A stretch of 32,072 nucleotides of DNA from Candidatus Methylomirabilia bacterium (GTDB lineage Bacteria > Methylomirabilota > Methylomirabilia > Rokubacteriales > CSP1-6): positions 1 through 32,072 of the forward strand of contig JBGPXN010000041.1 of assembly GCA_041492755.1 (NCBI GenBank). Reading direction: 5' to 3'. A program made the position numbers and the translations under genes. The notes beneath the pieces were generated by a model. The model did no database searches, was not told the DNA's origin, and saw nothing but the letters and a program-made list of their open reading frames with translations. Positions 1 to 9,083 of this stretch are shown here, piece by piece; position 1 is the first letter of the stretch; each line of letters begins with the position of its first letter.

Positions 1-1004
1 AGGTAGGCGCCGAGGTTGGCCACGGTCTTCACGCGCAGACCGAGGATCTTGCCGTCACGCGACAGCGCGATCTCGGCGTCGGTGACGTGGTCGCGGCCGT
101 GGGCGTCGGTGAGGTACGCCTCCCGGCGACTCGACGTCCAGCGCACCGGCCGCTTGAGCTGCCGGGACGCCCACGAGCACACAACCTCCTCGTTGTAGAG
201 GAAGATCTTCGAGCCGAACCCACCGCCCACGTCGGGCGCGATCACGCGCACCTTGTGCTCGGGGATGCCGAGCACGAAGGCGCACATCAGCAGCCGGTGA
301 ACGTGCGGGTTCTGCGACGTCACCCACAGCGTGAGCTCGCCCGTCGCGTCCTCGTAGCGGGCCACGCAGGCGCGCGGCTCCATGGCGTTCGCCACCAGCC
401 GCTGGTTCACGATGCGCTTCTTCACCGTCACCGCCGCGCTCTTGAACGCCGCGTCGGTGGCCGCGCCGTCACCGATCTCCCACTTGAAGGCGACGTTGCC
501 GGGCGCGCCCGCGTGCAGCTGCGGCGTACCTGTCTGCTCCGCCCGCTCGGTGGCCGTCACCGACGGGAGCGGTTCCCAGTCCACACGCACCTTCTCGGCC
601 GCGTCGGTCGCGCCCGCCTGGCTGTCGGCGATGATGACTGCCACCGGGTCGCCGACGTGGCGGGCAGCGTCCGCGCTCAGCGGCATGTGGGGCACGATCG
701 CGAGGTCCTGGACCACCCCGGGGACCTTCTTCTCCTTCCGGAGGTCCCATCCGCACGGGAGCGAGTTGACGCCGGTCATGTCCTTGCCCGTGAAGACCGC
801 GACGACGCCGGGGTGCGCTTTCGCCGCCGACACGTCGATGTTGCGGATGCGGGCGTGGGCGTGCGGGCTCCGCACGAACGCGGCGTACGTCATGCCGGTG
901 AGCTTCAGGTCATCGACGTACTGCCCGCGGCCGGTGATGAAGCGCGGGTCCTCGCGCCGCTTGATCGACTTGCCGAACAGGCGCTCCTCAGCTGCGGTGG
1001 CCAT
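1..1004 (-). CDS. coxL: Xanthine dehydrogenase/aerobic CO dehydrogenase family molybdopterin-binding large subunit (CoxL/CutL-like); 3' end lies outside the window
   Basis: Not in the ORF track because it runs off the window. Manual translation from ATG 1004: [32 protein letters not shown]...[11 protein letters not shown]...VANAMEPRA...TSQNPH...[13 protein letters not shown]...DAHGRDH. GAGG upstream of the start. Confidence 0.9.
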   Translation of the reverse strand, partial: MATAAEERLFGKSIKRREDPRFITGRGQYVDDLKLTGMTYAAFVRSPHAHARIRNIDVSAAKAHPGVVAVFTGKDMTGVNSLPCGWDLRKEKKVPGVVQDLAIVPHMPLSADAARHVGDPVAVIIADSQAGATDAAEKVRVDWEPLPSVTATERAEQTGTPQLHAGAPGNVAFKWEIGDGAATDAAFKSAAVTVKKRIVNQRLVANAMEPRACVARYEDATGELTLWVTSQNPHVHRLLMCAFVLGIPEHKVRVIAPDVGGGFGSKIFLYNEEVVCSWASRQLKRPVRWTSSRREAYLTDAHGRDHVTDAEIALSRDGKILGLRVKTVANLGAY

Positions 1005-1013
1005 GGCCCAACC

Positions 1014-1487
1014 TCACTTCTTGGCCATCGTCTCGGCGGCCCACTGGATCGCCTTGACGATGTTGTGATACCCGGTGCACCGGCACAGGTTGCCCTCGAG
1101 CTGGTGGCGGATCTGCTCCTCGCTCGGCTTGGGGTAGCGCTCGAGCATCTGGTAGGCGGTCATGATCATGCCCGGCGTGCAGAAGCCGCACTGCAACCCG
1201 TGCTTCTCCCAGAAGCCCTGCTGGATCGGGTGCAGCTCGCCGTCCTTGGCGACGCCCTCGATCGTCATGAAGTTGGCGCCGTCGGCTTGCACCGCGAAGA
1301 GCGTGCACGACTTCACCGCCTGACCGTTCATGAGAACGGTGCAGGCACCGCACTGGCTGGTGTCGCAGCCTACGTGCGTGCCGGTGAGGCCGACCGTCTC
1401 ACGGATGTAGTGGACGAGCAGCAGGCGGGGCTCGACCTCGTGGCTGTACGTCTGGCCGTTGATGGTCATCTTGACTGGCAGTTTCAC
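1014..1487 (-). CDS. coxS: (2Fe-2S)-binding small subunit of CO dehydrogenase/xanthine dehydrogenase family
   Basis: [20 protein letters not shown] and GNLCRCTGY motifs; GGAGG RBS before GTG. Confidence 0.95.
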   Translation of the reverse strand: MKLPVKMTINGQTYSHEVEPRLLLVHYIRETVGLTGTHVGCDTSQCGACTVLMNGQAVKSCTLFAVQADGANFMTIEGVAKDGELHPIQQGFWEKHGLQCGFCTPGMIMTAYQMLERYPKPSEEQIRHQLEGNLCRCTGYHNIVKAIQWAAETMAKK

Positions 1488-1545
1488 GACTCGTCCTCCG
1501 GCATACGGGGGTTGAGAGGCGGATGTTCAGCTTCGAGCGGAAGAG

Positions 1546-1574
1546 AGCGTAAGCCGCCCCCGGCACCCTGTCAA
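1546..1574 (-). promoter_or_regulatory. Sigma70-type promoter of coxS-coxL
   Basis: Minus strand TTGACA (1574-1569), 17-nt spacer, TACGCT (1551-1546). Confidence 0.7.
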
Positions 1575-1650
1575 CGGCCGCGAAGCGTGGGCCGGCCGGG
1601 GAGCGCGCGGGGCCGTCAGCCCCTTCGCTCGGATACCCGCCCCGACCGGG

Positions 1651-1734
1651 CTACTCGGCGAAGACGAAGGCGGCGAGCAGGGTGATGACGCTGAGGATGA
1701 TCGTGGTGAGGAAGAGTCGCGTGACGAGCGCCAT
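1651..1734 (-). CDS. 27-aa hydrophobic small protein (single TM helix) MALVTRLFLTTIILSVITLLAAFVFAE
   Basis: ATG 1734 to TAG 1651; strongly GC3-biased codons; below ORF-track cutoff. An in-frame ATG at 1773 would give 40 aa. Confidence 0.55.
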   Translation of the reverse strand: MALVTRLFLTTIILSVITLLAAFVFAE

Positions 1735-1756
1735 GTCGAACCTGGCGGGTCTGCCG

Positions 1757-1772
1757 TGCAACTGTCGTTCCA
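1757..1772 (-). promoter_or_regulatory. Sigma54 (RpoN) -24/-12 promoter
   Basis: Minus strand TGGAAC-GACAG-TTGCA: GG-N10-GC with one mismatch to TGGCAC-N5-TTGCW. Confidence 0.65.
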
Positions 1773-1853
1773 TCGTGCTGCAACGGAGAATACCCAGGAC
1801 GTGGCCCATTTCCCTCGGAATTTCTGCGATCGAGACGGAGCAAGGCAGCCGAG

Positions 1854-1905
1854 GGGAACGAATTCCGTTCCCAAACCGTCACCCGAGTGACGTCTGGTCA
1901 CTCGG
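1854..1905. promoter_or_regulatory. Two inverted repeats, candidate enhancer (UAS) sites for a sigma54 activator
   Basis: GGGAACG-N5-CGTTCCC (1854-1872) and CCGAGTGAC-N5-GTCACTCGG (1883-1905), about 80-135 bp upstream of the -24 box. Confidence 0.4.
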
Positions 1906-1974
1906 AGCCGGCACCCCGAGCACGGTTTTCAAACGTCCGTGGTCACCCGACTTCGCGCCCGGGTCCCGCGCGAC

Positions 1975-3156
1975 TCACTCGCGCAGAAGCCGCCGTGCAT
2001 CGGCCCGGGCCTGGTCGAGCACCTCCCGCACCGGCAACGACTTCTCCCGCGCGATGCGGGCGACCTCGGCGAACTCCGGCGTGACGGTGACCACGCGGCC
2101 GGCCAGGCGCGACACCTTGCACGCGATCGCGCCGTACGCGGTCGTCACCGTGACCATCTCCCGCGCGAGCGGGCGGCGCTGCCACTCGGTCCAGCGGACA
2201 CCGATGGTGCTCGACTCCTCGAAGAGGACGCGCGAGACGTCGTCGAGCCGGGCGCGCGGACTGAGCGCGGTCAGGACCACGCCCGGCCGGCTCCGCTTCA
2301 TGATGACGGGCGTGAGGAACACGTCGAGGGCGCCGACCTCGAAGAGCCGGTCCATCAGCGGCTCGTAGAGCTGCGGCGACATGTCGTCGATCGTCGTCTC
2401 GATCTGGAGGATCGTCTCCTCGGCGCCGGCGTTCAGCGCGTCGCCAACGAAGCAGCGCAGCACGTTCGGCGTCTCGGCGAAGTCCATCGTGCCCGCGCCG
2501 TAGCCGATCGCGCGGATCGTCATGGGCGGGATGCGCACGGCCGGCCGCGCGAGTGTCGTCAGGATCGCGGCCCCGGTCGGGGTGACGAGCTCGGCGCGGA
2601 CGCCGGTGTCGACCACCGGAAAACCGCGCAGCAGCTCGGCCGCGCCCGGGCCCGGGACCGGCATGCGACCGTGCGGGCCGTTGACGAACCCGGCGCCCAG
2701 CGGCAGGGCGGAGACGTACACGGCGTCCGCGCCGAGCAACGTCAGCGCGACGACGCCACCGGTCACGTCGATGATCGCGTCCACCGCGCCGACGTCGTGG
2801 AAATGCACCTCGTCCCGCGTGCTGCCGTGGACGCGGGCCTCGGCGTCGGCCAAGCGCGTGAAGATCCGCGCGGCCTGCTCGCGGATGCCGTCGGACAGCG
2901 TGCTCGCCTCGAGGATCCGGAGGATGTCGCCCAGGCTGCGATGCTGGTGATGCTGCTGGGCGTCGATCTCGACGTCCACCTTGGTGGCGCGAAACGCGCC
3001 CTTGCGGACCTCCCGTGCGACCAGGTCCCAGCCGCCGAGCGGGAGCCGGCGGAGCTGCTCGCGGAGCGCGTCGAGCGAAACCCCCGCGTCGACGAGGGCG
3101 CCCATGATCATGTCACCCGCGGCGCCGCTCGGGCAGTCGAAGTAGACGATCGTCAT
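1975..3156 (-). CDS. larC: Nickel pincer cofactor nickel insertase LarC
   Basis: YFDCPSGAAGDM, His patch QHHQHR, VHFHDVGAVDAIID, ELVTPTGAAI, ETTIDD, MKRSRPG and PEF motifs; single uninterrupted ORF. Confidence 0.93.
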   Translation of the reverse strand: MTIVYFDCPSGAAGDMIMGALVDAGVSLDALREQLRRLPLGGWDLVAREVRKGAFRATKVDVEIDAQQHHQHRSLGDILRILEASTLSDGIREQAARIFTRLADAEARVHGSTRDEVHFHDVGAVDAIIDVTGGVVALTLLGADAVYVSALPLGAGFVNGPHGRMPVPGPGAAELLRGFPVVDTGVRAELVTPTGAAILTTLARPAVRIPPMTIRAIGYGAGTMDFAETPNVLRCFVGDALNAGAEETILQIETTIDDMSPQLYEPLMDRLFEVGALDVFLTPVIMKRSRPGVVLTALSPRARLDDVSRVLFEESSTIGVRWTEWQRRPLAREMVTVTTAYGAIACKVSRLAGRVVTVTPEFAEVARIAREKSLPVREVLDQARADARRLLRE

Positions 3157-3203
3157 CTGAGCGAGGCTGGCTTCATGGGCGCGGCGGCAGCGTCACGGAC
3201 GGT

Positions 3204-3968
3204 TCAGCGGATCTTGGCGACGAGGTGATTGATCTGGCTCGCCTGGTGGGCGGCGCCGTAGCCGTTGTCGATGTTCACCACCGACACCCCGGGCGCGCAC
3301 GAGTTCAGCATGGCGAGCAGCGCGGCGATGCCGCCGAACGACGCACCGTAGCCGACACTGGTCGGCACCGCGATCACCGGACGGTCGACGAGCCCGCCGA
3401 TGACGCTGGGCAGCGCGCCTTCCATTCCGGCCACCGCGACGATGGCGTTGGCATCGGCGAGAAGGTCGTAATGCGGCAGCAGGCGGTGCAGTCCGGCCAC
3501 CCCGCAGTCGGTGAGGCGCTCCACGCGGTTGCCGAGCGCCTCGGCGACGAGCGCCGCTTCCTCGGCCACCGGCAGATCGGCGGTTCCGGCCGCGACGACG
3601 GCGATCAGCCCGACGCCGTCCACCGGCACCGGCCGCAGCACGAGCAATCGCGGCAGCGGATGGTACACGTGTGGCACCCCGGCCGCCGCGACCGCGTCCG
3701 CGATGCGCGCATCCGCGCGGGTGGCTAGTACGTTGACGTGATCGACGACCAGGCGCTCGACGATGGCCACCACCTGCTCCGGCGTCTTGCCCTGGCAGAA
3801 CACGGCCTCGGGCGCGCCGCCGCGCAGCGTCCGATGATGATCGATGCGCGCGAAACCCAGGTCCTCGAACGGGAGCGAGCGCAACCGCCGCAGCGCGGCG
3901 TCGAGGTCGAGGCGCCCGGCCTGCACGTCTTCCAGCAGCCGGTGCAGCGTTTCTCTATCCACGGGCAC
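3204..3968 (-). CDS. larB: Nickel pincer cofactor biosynthesis carboxylase/hydrolase LarB
   Basis: ARIDHHR, PEAVFCQGKT, AGTADLPVAEEA, AGMEGALPS, PTSVGYG and LNSCAPGVSVVNIDNGYGA motifs. Confidence 0.95.
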   Translation of the reverse strand: MPVDRETLHRLLEDVQAGRLDLDAALRRLRSLPFEDLGFARIDHHRTLRGGAPEAVFCQGKTPEQVVAIVERLVVDHVNVLATRADARIADAVAAAGVPHVYHPLPRLLVLRPVPVDGVGLIAVVAAGTADLPVAEEAALVAEALGNRVERLTDCGVAGLHRLLPHYDLLADANAIVAVAGMEGALPSVIGGLVDRPVIAVPTSVGYGASFGGIAALLAMLNSCAPGVSVVNIDNGYGAAHQASQINHLVAKIR

Positions 3969-4794
3969 GCTTCAGGGGAAGAACGAGATTCGCGCTGCCC
4001 GACTGAAAGCCGGAGAGGTCCAGGGTCACGTAGACGTAGCCCAGCTCACGAAAGCGGCGAACGATGGCGTCGGGCCGGCCGTCCTCCCACAACCGTGGCA
4101 TCTCGTCCCGCGCGATCTCGAGGCGGGCCAGCCGGTCGTGATGCCGCACCCGGAACTGGCGGAAGCCGAGCGACCGCACGAACTCCTCCGCGGCGTCGAT
4201 CCGCCGGAGCTTCTCGGCGGTGATCGGGTCGCCGTACTGGAAGCGCGAGGACAGGCACGCAAAGGATGGCTTGTCCCAGGTCGGCAACTCGAGCGCGCGC
4301 GAGAGCTCCCGGATCTCGGTCTTGCTCAGCTCCGCCTCGATCAGCGGGGCCCGGACGCCGCGCTCGCGCGCCGACTGCATGCCCGGACGGTGGTCACCGA
4401 GATCGTCGACGTTGGCCCCGTAAGCCAGCCAGCGACAGCCTTCCTGGCTCGCCAGCGGAGCGAGCGTGGTGAACAACTCCTCCTTGCAGAAGTAGCAGCG
4501 GTTCGCAGGGTTGCGCGCATAGTCCGGGTTGTCGAGCTCGCGGGTCGTCACCACGACGTGGCGCAGCCCGAGCAACGCGCCCAGCCGGCGCGCCTCCGCC
4601 AGCTCGGCGGACGGGTACGTCTCGGAGTCGGCAGTGGCGATGACGGCGCGATCGCCGAGCGCTTCGCGGGCGGCCCGGGCCAGCAACGTCGAGTCCACGC
4701 CGCCGGAGAACGCAACCAGCACGCTCTCCATCTCGCGGAGCACGCCGAGCAGGCGCGTGTATTTCTGCTGGGTGGCCGCTTCGACGCCGGTCAC
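3955..4794 (-). CDS. larE: ATP-dependent sulfur transferase LarE
   Basis: PP-loop AFSGGVDS, RCYFCK, DHRPG, WDKPSFACLSSR and RVRHH motifs. Confidence 0.93.
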   Translation of the reverse strand: MTGVEAATQQKYTRLLGVLREMESVLVAFSGGVDSTLLARAAREALGDRAVIATADSETYPSAELAEARRLGALLGLRHVVVTTRELDNPDYARNPANRCYFCKEELFTTLAPLASQEGCRWLAYGANVDDLGDHRPGMQSARERGVRAPLIEAELSKTEIRELSRALELPTWDKPSFACLSSRFQYGDPITAEKLRRIDAAEEFVRSLGFRQFRVRHHDRLARLEIARDEMPRLWEDGRPDAIVRRFRELGYVYVTLDLSGFQSGSANLVLPLKRARG

Positions 4795-4795
4795 G

Positions 4796-5707
4796 TCAGG
4801 CTTCCAACCGCACGAGGTCGTGGAAGGCGGCGTAGCGCTCGGCCAGCTCGGCGGGTCGGAGTCGCTTCAAGCGCTCGAGGGAGAAGTCCTCGACGGTGAA
4901 CGAGGCCATCACCGAGCCATAGACGACGGCGCGCCGCATCGTGGCCGGATCGGTCCGATCCTGGGCGGCCAGGTAGCCCATGAAACCGCCGGCGAACGTA
5001 TCCCCCGCTCCGGTCGGATCGAACACCGACTCCAGCGGATACGCGGGCACGCTGAAGAAGGTGCCGTCCGCCATCATGAGGGCGCCGTACTCGCCGCGCT
5101 TCACCACCACCACCTTGGGGCCCATGGCGCCGATGGCGCGCGCCGCCCGGACCAGATTGGCCTCACCGGCGAGCTGGCGCGCCTCCGCGTCGTTGACGGT
5201 GACGACGTCGACTTCGGCGAGGACGCGCCGCAGCGCTTCCCGCTTGCCGTTGATCCAGAAGTTCATCGTGTCGAGGGCCACCAGCCTCGGTCGCGCCGCC
5301 ATCTGGCCCAGCACGTCGAGCTGCAGCTCGGGGTCGATGTTCGCGAGGAACAGGAACGGCGCCTGCCGCGACCGGTCGTCGAGGCGCGGCCGGAACTCGG
5401 CGAGCACGTTGAGCTGCGTGTCGAGGGTCTTGGCGTCGTTGAGATCGAAGCCGTATCGACCCTGCCAGCGGAACGTTCGTCCCTTCGTCGTTTGCAATCC
5501 GGCCACGTCGACGGTCTTGTCCTTCAGCAGCCGCACGTGGACCTCGGGAAAATCCTCACCCACGATGGCGACGAGGCGGACCTGGGTGAAGAAGCTCGCC
5601 GAGTACGAGAAGTACGTCGCCGAGCCGCCGAGGGCCTCGTCCACCTTGCCGAACGGTGTCTCGACGCTGTCGAGCGCCACCGAGCCCACGACGAGCAGGT
5701 CAGCCAC
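4796..5707 (-). CDS. PfkB family carbohydrate/nucleoside kinase
   Basis: GSVALD, LGGSATY, DTMNFWI, NDAEA and DPTGAGDTFAGG motifs. Confidence 0.9.
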   Translation of the reverse strand: MADLLVVGSVALDSVETPFGKVDEALGGSATYFSYSASFFTQVRLVAIVGEDFPEVHVRLLKDKTVDVAGLQTTKGRTFRWQGRYGFDLNDAKTLDTQLNVLAEFRPRLDDRSRQAPFLFLANIDPELQLDVLGQMAARPRLVALDTMNFWINGKREALRRVLAEVDVVTVNDAEARQLAGEANLVRAARAIGAMGPKVVVVKRGEYGALMMADGTFFSVPAYPLESVFDPTGAGDTFAGGFMGYLAAQDRTDPATMRRAVVYGSVMASFTVEDFSLERLKRLRPAELAERYAAFHDLVRLEA

Positions 5708-6608
5708 GGTGCGCTCTCGCCTTGCGCCCCGGACCGCGCGAGCCAGGGTCGGGGAAGTACTTGCCGAGCAACAGCTCGAGTCGCCGGCGCGTGGCCAGCG
5801 GGAATGCGGCCGGGTTGGTGATGACCGCGTTGGCCAGCGCGCGGCCGCACCCGCACGCGCGCTCGGGGAGCAGCGCGGGAATGAGGCGGCGCAGGACTTC
5901 CTTGGCGGTGGCCACGTTCTTCAGGAGGTTCTGGATGACGGTCTCCACCGAGACCGACTCGTGGGTCTCGTGCCAGACGTCGTAGTCGGTGACCAGCGCG
6001 AGCGTCGCGTAGCACAGCTCGGCTTCGCGGGCGAGCTTGGCCTCCGGCATGTTCGTCATCCCGATCACGTCGACGCCCCATTGCCGGTAGATCCGTGACT
6101 CCGCCTTGGTCGAGAACTGGGGTCCCTCGATACATATATAGGTCCCGCCCCGGTGCACGGTCACCCCGGTCTGCCCGGCGGCGCCAGCCAGCGCGGCGGC
6201 CAGGTCGGCGCACACGGGATCGGCGATGCCGACGTGCCCCGCGATGCCGTCGCCGAAGAACGAGGCCACCCGCCGCCGGGTGGCGTCGAAGAACTGGTCG
6301 GGAACGACCAGGTCGAGCGGATGGATCTCCTCGCGCATGCTCCCGACCGCCGACACCGATACGACCGACCCCGCCCCCAGGGATTTGAGGCCCCAGATGT
6401 TCGCGCGGTAGTTCAGCTCGCTCGGCATGAGCCGGTGCCCGCGCCCATGGCGGGCGAGAAAGATCACGGGGCGCCCCTCGAACTCACCCGTGCAGTACTC
6501 GTCGGACGGATCGCCGAACGGCGTCCGCACCCGGCGCCAGCGGACGTCACGGACACCTTCGAGCTCGTAGAGCCCGCTGCCACCGATGATCCCGATCGCG
6601 CCGCTCAC
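5700..6608 (-). CDS. mtnP: S-methyl-5'-thioadenosine phosphorylase
   Basis: IGIIGGSGLY, ARHGRGH, NYRANIW, EGPQFSTKAES, GMTNMPEAKLAREAE and VTDYD motifs; GTG start overlaps the mtaB stop (GTGA). Confidence 0.93.
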   Translation of the reverse strand: MSGAIGIIGGSGLYELEGVRDVRWRRVRTPFGDPSDEYCTGEFEGRPVIFLARHGRGHRLMPSELNYRANIWGLKSLGAGSVVSVSAVGSMREEIHPLDLVVPDQFFDATRRRVASFFGDGIAGHVGIADPVCADLAAALAGAAGQTGVTVHRGGTYICIEGPQFSTKAESRIYRQWGVDVIGMTNMPEAKLAREAELCYATLALVTDYDVWHETHESVSVETVIQNLLKNVATAKEVLRRLIPALLPERACGCGRALANAVITNPAAFPLATRRRLELLLGKYFPDPGSRGPGRKARAHRG

Positions 6609-7921
6609 GCCACCCACTCTCCGTGCGTCGTGTCTTCGTCCACCCCGCGAATCCGCAGGCGTACCACCGAGCGCATCAAGTCGTCCGCCCCCTCGAAGGC
6701 GACCTCGACGTAGTTGCCGGTGAGCCCGACGAGGCGCCCGGTCCGGCGATCGCGCGTCTCCAGCACGAGCGCCTCCTGGGTCGTTTCCACGAGCCCGCGG
6801 CGGAAGGCCACGCTCCGCACGCCGCCGAGCGCCCGCAAGCGCCGGCCCCGATCGGCGATGGTCCGCGCGTCGACCCGGCCGTCGAGATCGATCGCTTCCG
6901 TCCCGGGCCGGTCGGAGTACGGGAACACGTGCAGGTAGCTGAAGGGCAGCGCGCGAACGAGCGCCAGCGTCTCGCCGAACTCCGGCTCCCCTTCACCGGG
7001 GAAGCCGACGATGACGTCGGTGCCGAGACCGAGCCCCGGCACCGCCTCCGCCAGTCGCTCGACGAGCGTGCGATACATCGCGACGGTATACGGACGCCGC
7101 ATGCGGCGAAGGATGCGCGGACTGCCGCTCTGCAGTGGCAGGTGCAGGTGCGGCGCGATCACATTCGAGCCCGTGATCACCTCGATGAGCTCGGGGGTGA
7201 AGTACGCGGGCAGCACCGACGAGAGCCGCACCCAGCGCAGGCCGCCGACCGCGACGACCGCGCGCAGCAGCGCGGCCAGCGTCGTCCGGGGCACGAGGTC
7301 GGCGCCATAATGCCCCATGTCCACGCCGGTCAGCGTCACTTCACGGTGCCCGCGCGCCACCAGCGCGTGCACGTGCTCGAGCACGACCTCCGGCGGCCGG
7401 CTGCGGCTTCCACCGCGCGCCCGCGGGACGATGCAGAAGGCGCAGCGATGCTGGCAGCCGTCCTGGACCTTCACGAACGCACGCGAGCGCGTGCCGCTGG
7501 CCGGCGGCGGCACCAGAGGGCCGTCGGCCGACCAGGCGCGACCGACTTCGACGCTCGGACGTGTCGGCGGTGAATCGAGGAGCGAATCGAGCAGGTCCGG
7601 GAGACGGCCTCGGTCCGCGGTTCCGACGACCAAATCGACACCGCGCACCCGCGCGACCGCCTCCGGATCGACCTGGGCCCAGCAGCCCGTCACGACCACC
7701 CGCGTCGTCGTCGGCAAACGGCTCGCGCGCCGGATCATTTGCCGATCCGAAAACTCCGCGCGGCTCGTGACCGTGCAGGAGTTCACGACGACGACGTCGG
7801 CGGGAGCGCCGAACGGGACCGTGCGCCACCCGCGCGCTTCCAGGCCGGCCTGCATCTCTTGCGTATCCACCTGGTTCACGCGACAGCCCAGGGTGGCAAA
7901 GGCGACGGTCCGGGCGCTCAC
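6605..7921 (-). CDS. mtaB: tRNA t6A37 methylthiotransferase MtaB (radical SAM)
   Basis: TLGCRVNQ, NSCTVT, VTGCWAQ, KVQDGCQHRCAFCIVP, HLPLQSGS, HVFPYS and GLTGNY motifs; GTG overlaps the rlmN stop. Confidence 0.88.
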   Translation of the reverse strand: MSARTVAFATLGCRVNQVDTQEMQAGLEARGWRTVPFGAPADVVVVNSCTVTSRAEFSDRQMIRRASRLPTTTRVVVTGCWAQVDPEAVARVRGVDLVVGTADRGRLPDLLDSLLDSPPTRPSVEVGRAWSADGPLVPPPASGTRSRAFVKVQDGCQHRCAFCIVPRARGGSRSRPPEVVLEHVHALVARGHREVTLTGVDMGHYGADLVPRTTLAALLRAVVAVGGLRWVRLSSVLPAYFTPELIEVITGSNVIAPHLHLPLQSGSPRILRRMRRPYTVAMYRTLVERLAEAVPGLGLGTDVIVGFPGEGEPEFGETLALVRALPFSYLHVFPYSDRPGTEAIDLDGRVDARTIADRGRRLRALGGVRSVAFRRGLVETTQEALVLETRDRRTGRLVGLTGNYVEVAFEGADDLMRSVVRLRIRGVDEDTTHGEWVA

Positions 7922-8955
7922 GCCGGGATCGGCTCCCTGAGCTGACCGCACGCCGCGCCGATGTCCTCGCCCTTGCTCCAGCGCACCGTCGTCGTCACGT
8001 CCGCGTCCAGGAGCACGGCCTGGAACGCGAGGATGCGCGCGAGCGGAGGCCGCTGGAATTGCGCGCCCGCCCAATCATTGAACGGGATGAGGTTGACCTT
8101 GGCGCGGATGCCCCGCAACAGCTTGGCCAGGCGACGCGCCTCCTCGGGGCTGTCGTTGACGCCGTCGAGCAGCACGTACTCGAAGAACACGCGCTGGCGC
8201 GGCGCCAGCGGATAGCGGCGCACGGCGTCCATCAGCGCGGTGAGGTTCCACGATCGGTTGATCGGCATGAGCCGCTCGCGGACTTCGTCGGAGGCGGCGT
8301 GCAGGGAGATCGCCAGGTTCACTCTCAGGTCCTCGCGCCCGAGGCGGTCGATGCCCGACACGAGCCCGACGGTCGACACCGTCACCCGCCGGGGCGAATA
8401 GCCGAGGCCGAGCTTGGCGTCGGTGATGATCCGCAGCGACGTCACCAGCGCCGCGTAGTTCGCCAGCGGCTCGCCCATGCCCATGAAGACGAGATGCGTG
8501 ACGCGCTGGCCCTCGTCCAGCAGGGCGTTGGCGGCCAGCAACTGCCCGACGATCTCGTCCGGGCCGAGATTTCGCTCCAGGCCCATGGTGCCGGTGAGAC
8601 AGAACGCGCAGCCGTAGCCGCAGCCGACCTGGGTGGACAGACACAGCGTGATCCGATCGTCGTCCGGCAGCACGACCGCGCTCACGCGGCTGCCGTCGGC
8701 GAGGCGGAAGACGAGCTTGCGGCTCCCGTCCTGCGAGAGCGTCACGCGCTCGACGTCAGGTGTCACGGCGTGCCACTCGGCGGACAGCGCCGCGCGGAAG
8801 TCCCTGGGCAGGTCGGACATGGCGTCGAGGTCGAGAACGCCCTTGCGGTACATCCAGGTCGCGAGCTGACGGCCGCGATAGCGCGATGCGCCGAGCGAGA
8901 TCGCGAGGTCTTCGAGCTCGGAGGGAAGGAGGCCGACGAGATTCTGCGACGACAT
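7918..8955 (-). CDS. rlmN: 23S rRNA m2A2503 / tRNA m2A37 methyltransferase RlmN
   Basis: CLSTQVGCGYGCAFCLTG, FMGMGEPLANY, ISLHA, NLIPFN and DIGAACGQL motifs; start taken at ATG 8955 (MSSQNL). Confidence 0.93.
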   Translation of the reverse strand: MSSQNLVGLLPSELEDLAISLGASRYRGRQLATWMYRKGVLDLDAMSDLPRDFRAALSAEWHAVTPDVERVTLSQDGSRKLVFRLADGSRVSAVVLPDDDRITLCLSTQVGCGYGCAFCLTGTMGLERNLGPDEIVGQLLAANALLDEGQRVTHLVFMGMGEPLANYAALVTSLRIITDAKLGLGYSPRRVTVSTVGLVSGIDRLGREDLRVNLAISLHAASDEVRERLMPINRSWNLTALMDAVRRYPLAPRQRVFFEYVLLDGVNDSPEEARRLAKLLRGIRAKVNLIPFNDWAGAQFQRPPLARILAFQAVLLDADVTTTVRWSKGEDIGAACGQLREPIPA

Positions 8956-9083
8956 TTCAAGGAAGGATAACACGAGGGCCTCGATGGACTTTTTCCACCG
9001 AGAATGTGCTCGACCGGTGGATAACCGTGTGCGCACCGCCGTGTCAGCGGTCATTTCATCACCACTTAGACCGCTTCGCCTAT

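Noticed and set aside
87..1685. 532-aa plus-strand ORF and similar long antisense ORFs (1939..3228, 21168..23303, 24872..28117, 29986..31707)
   Set aside because: Shadow frames of well-supported genes on the opposite strand; expected at high GC; no family motifs.
1975..3156. Programmed frameshift in larC as in Lactobacillus
   Set aside because: The gene is one continuous ORF containing both domains.
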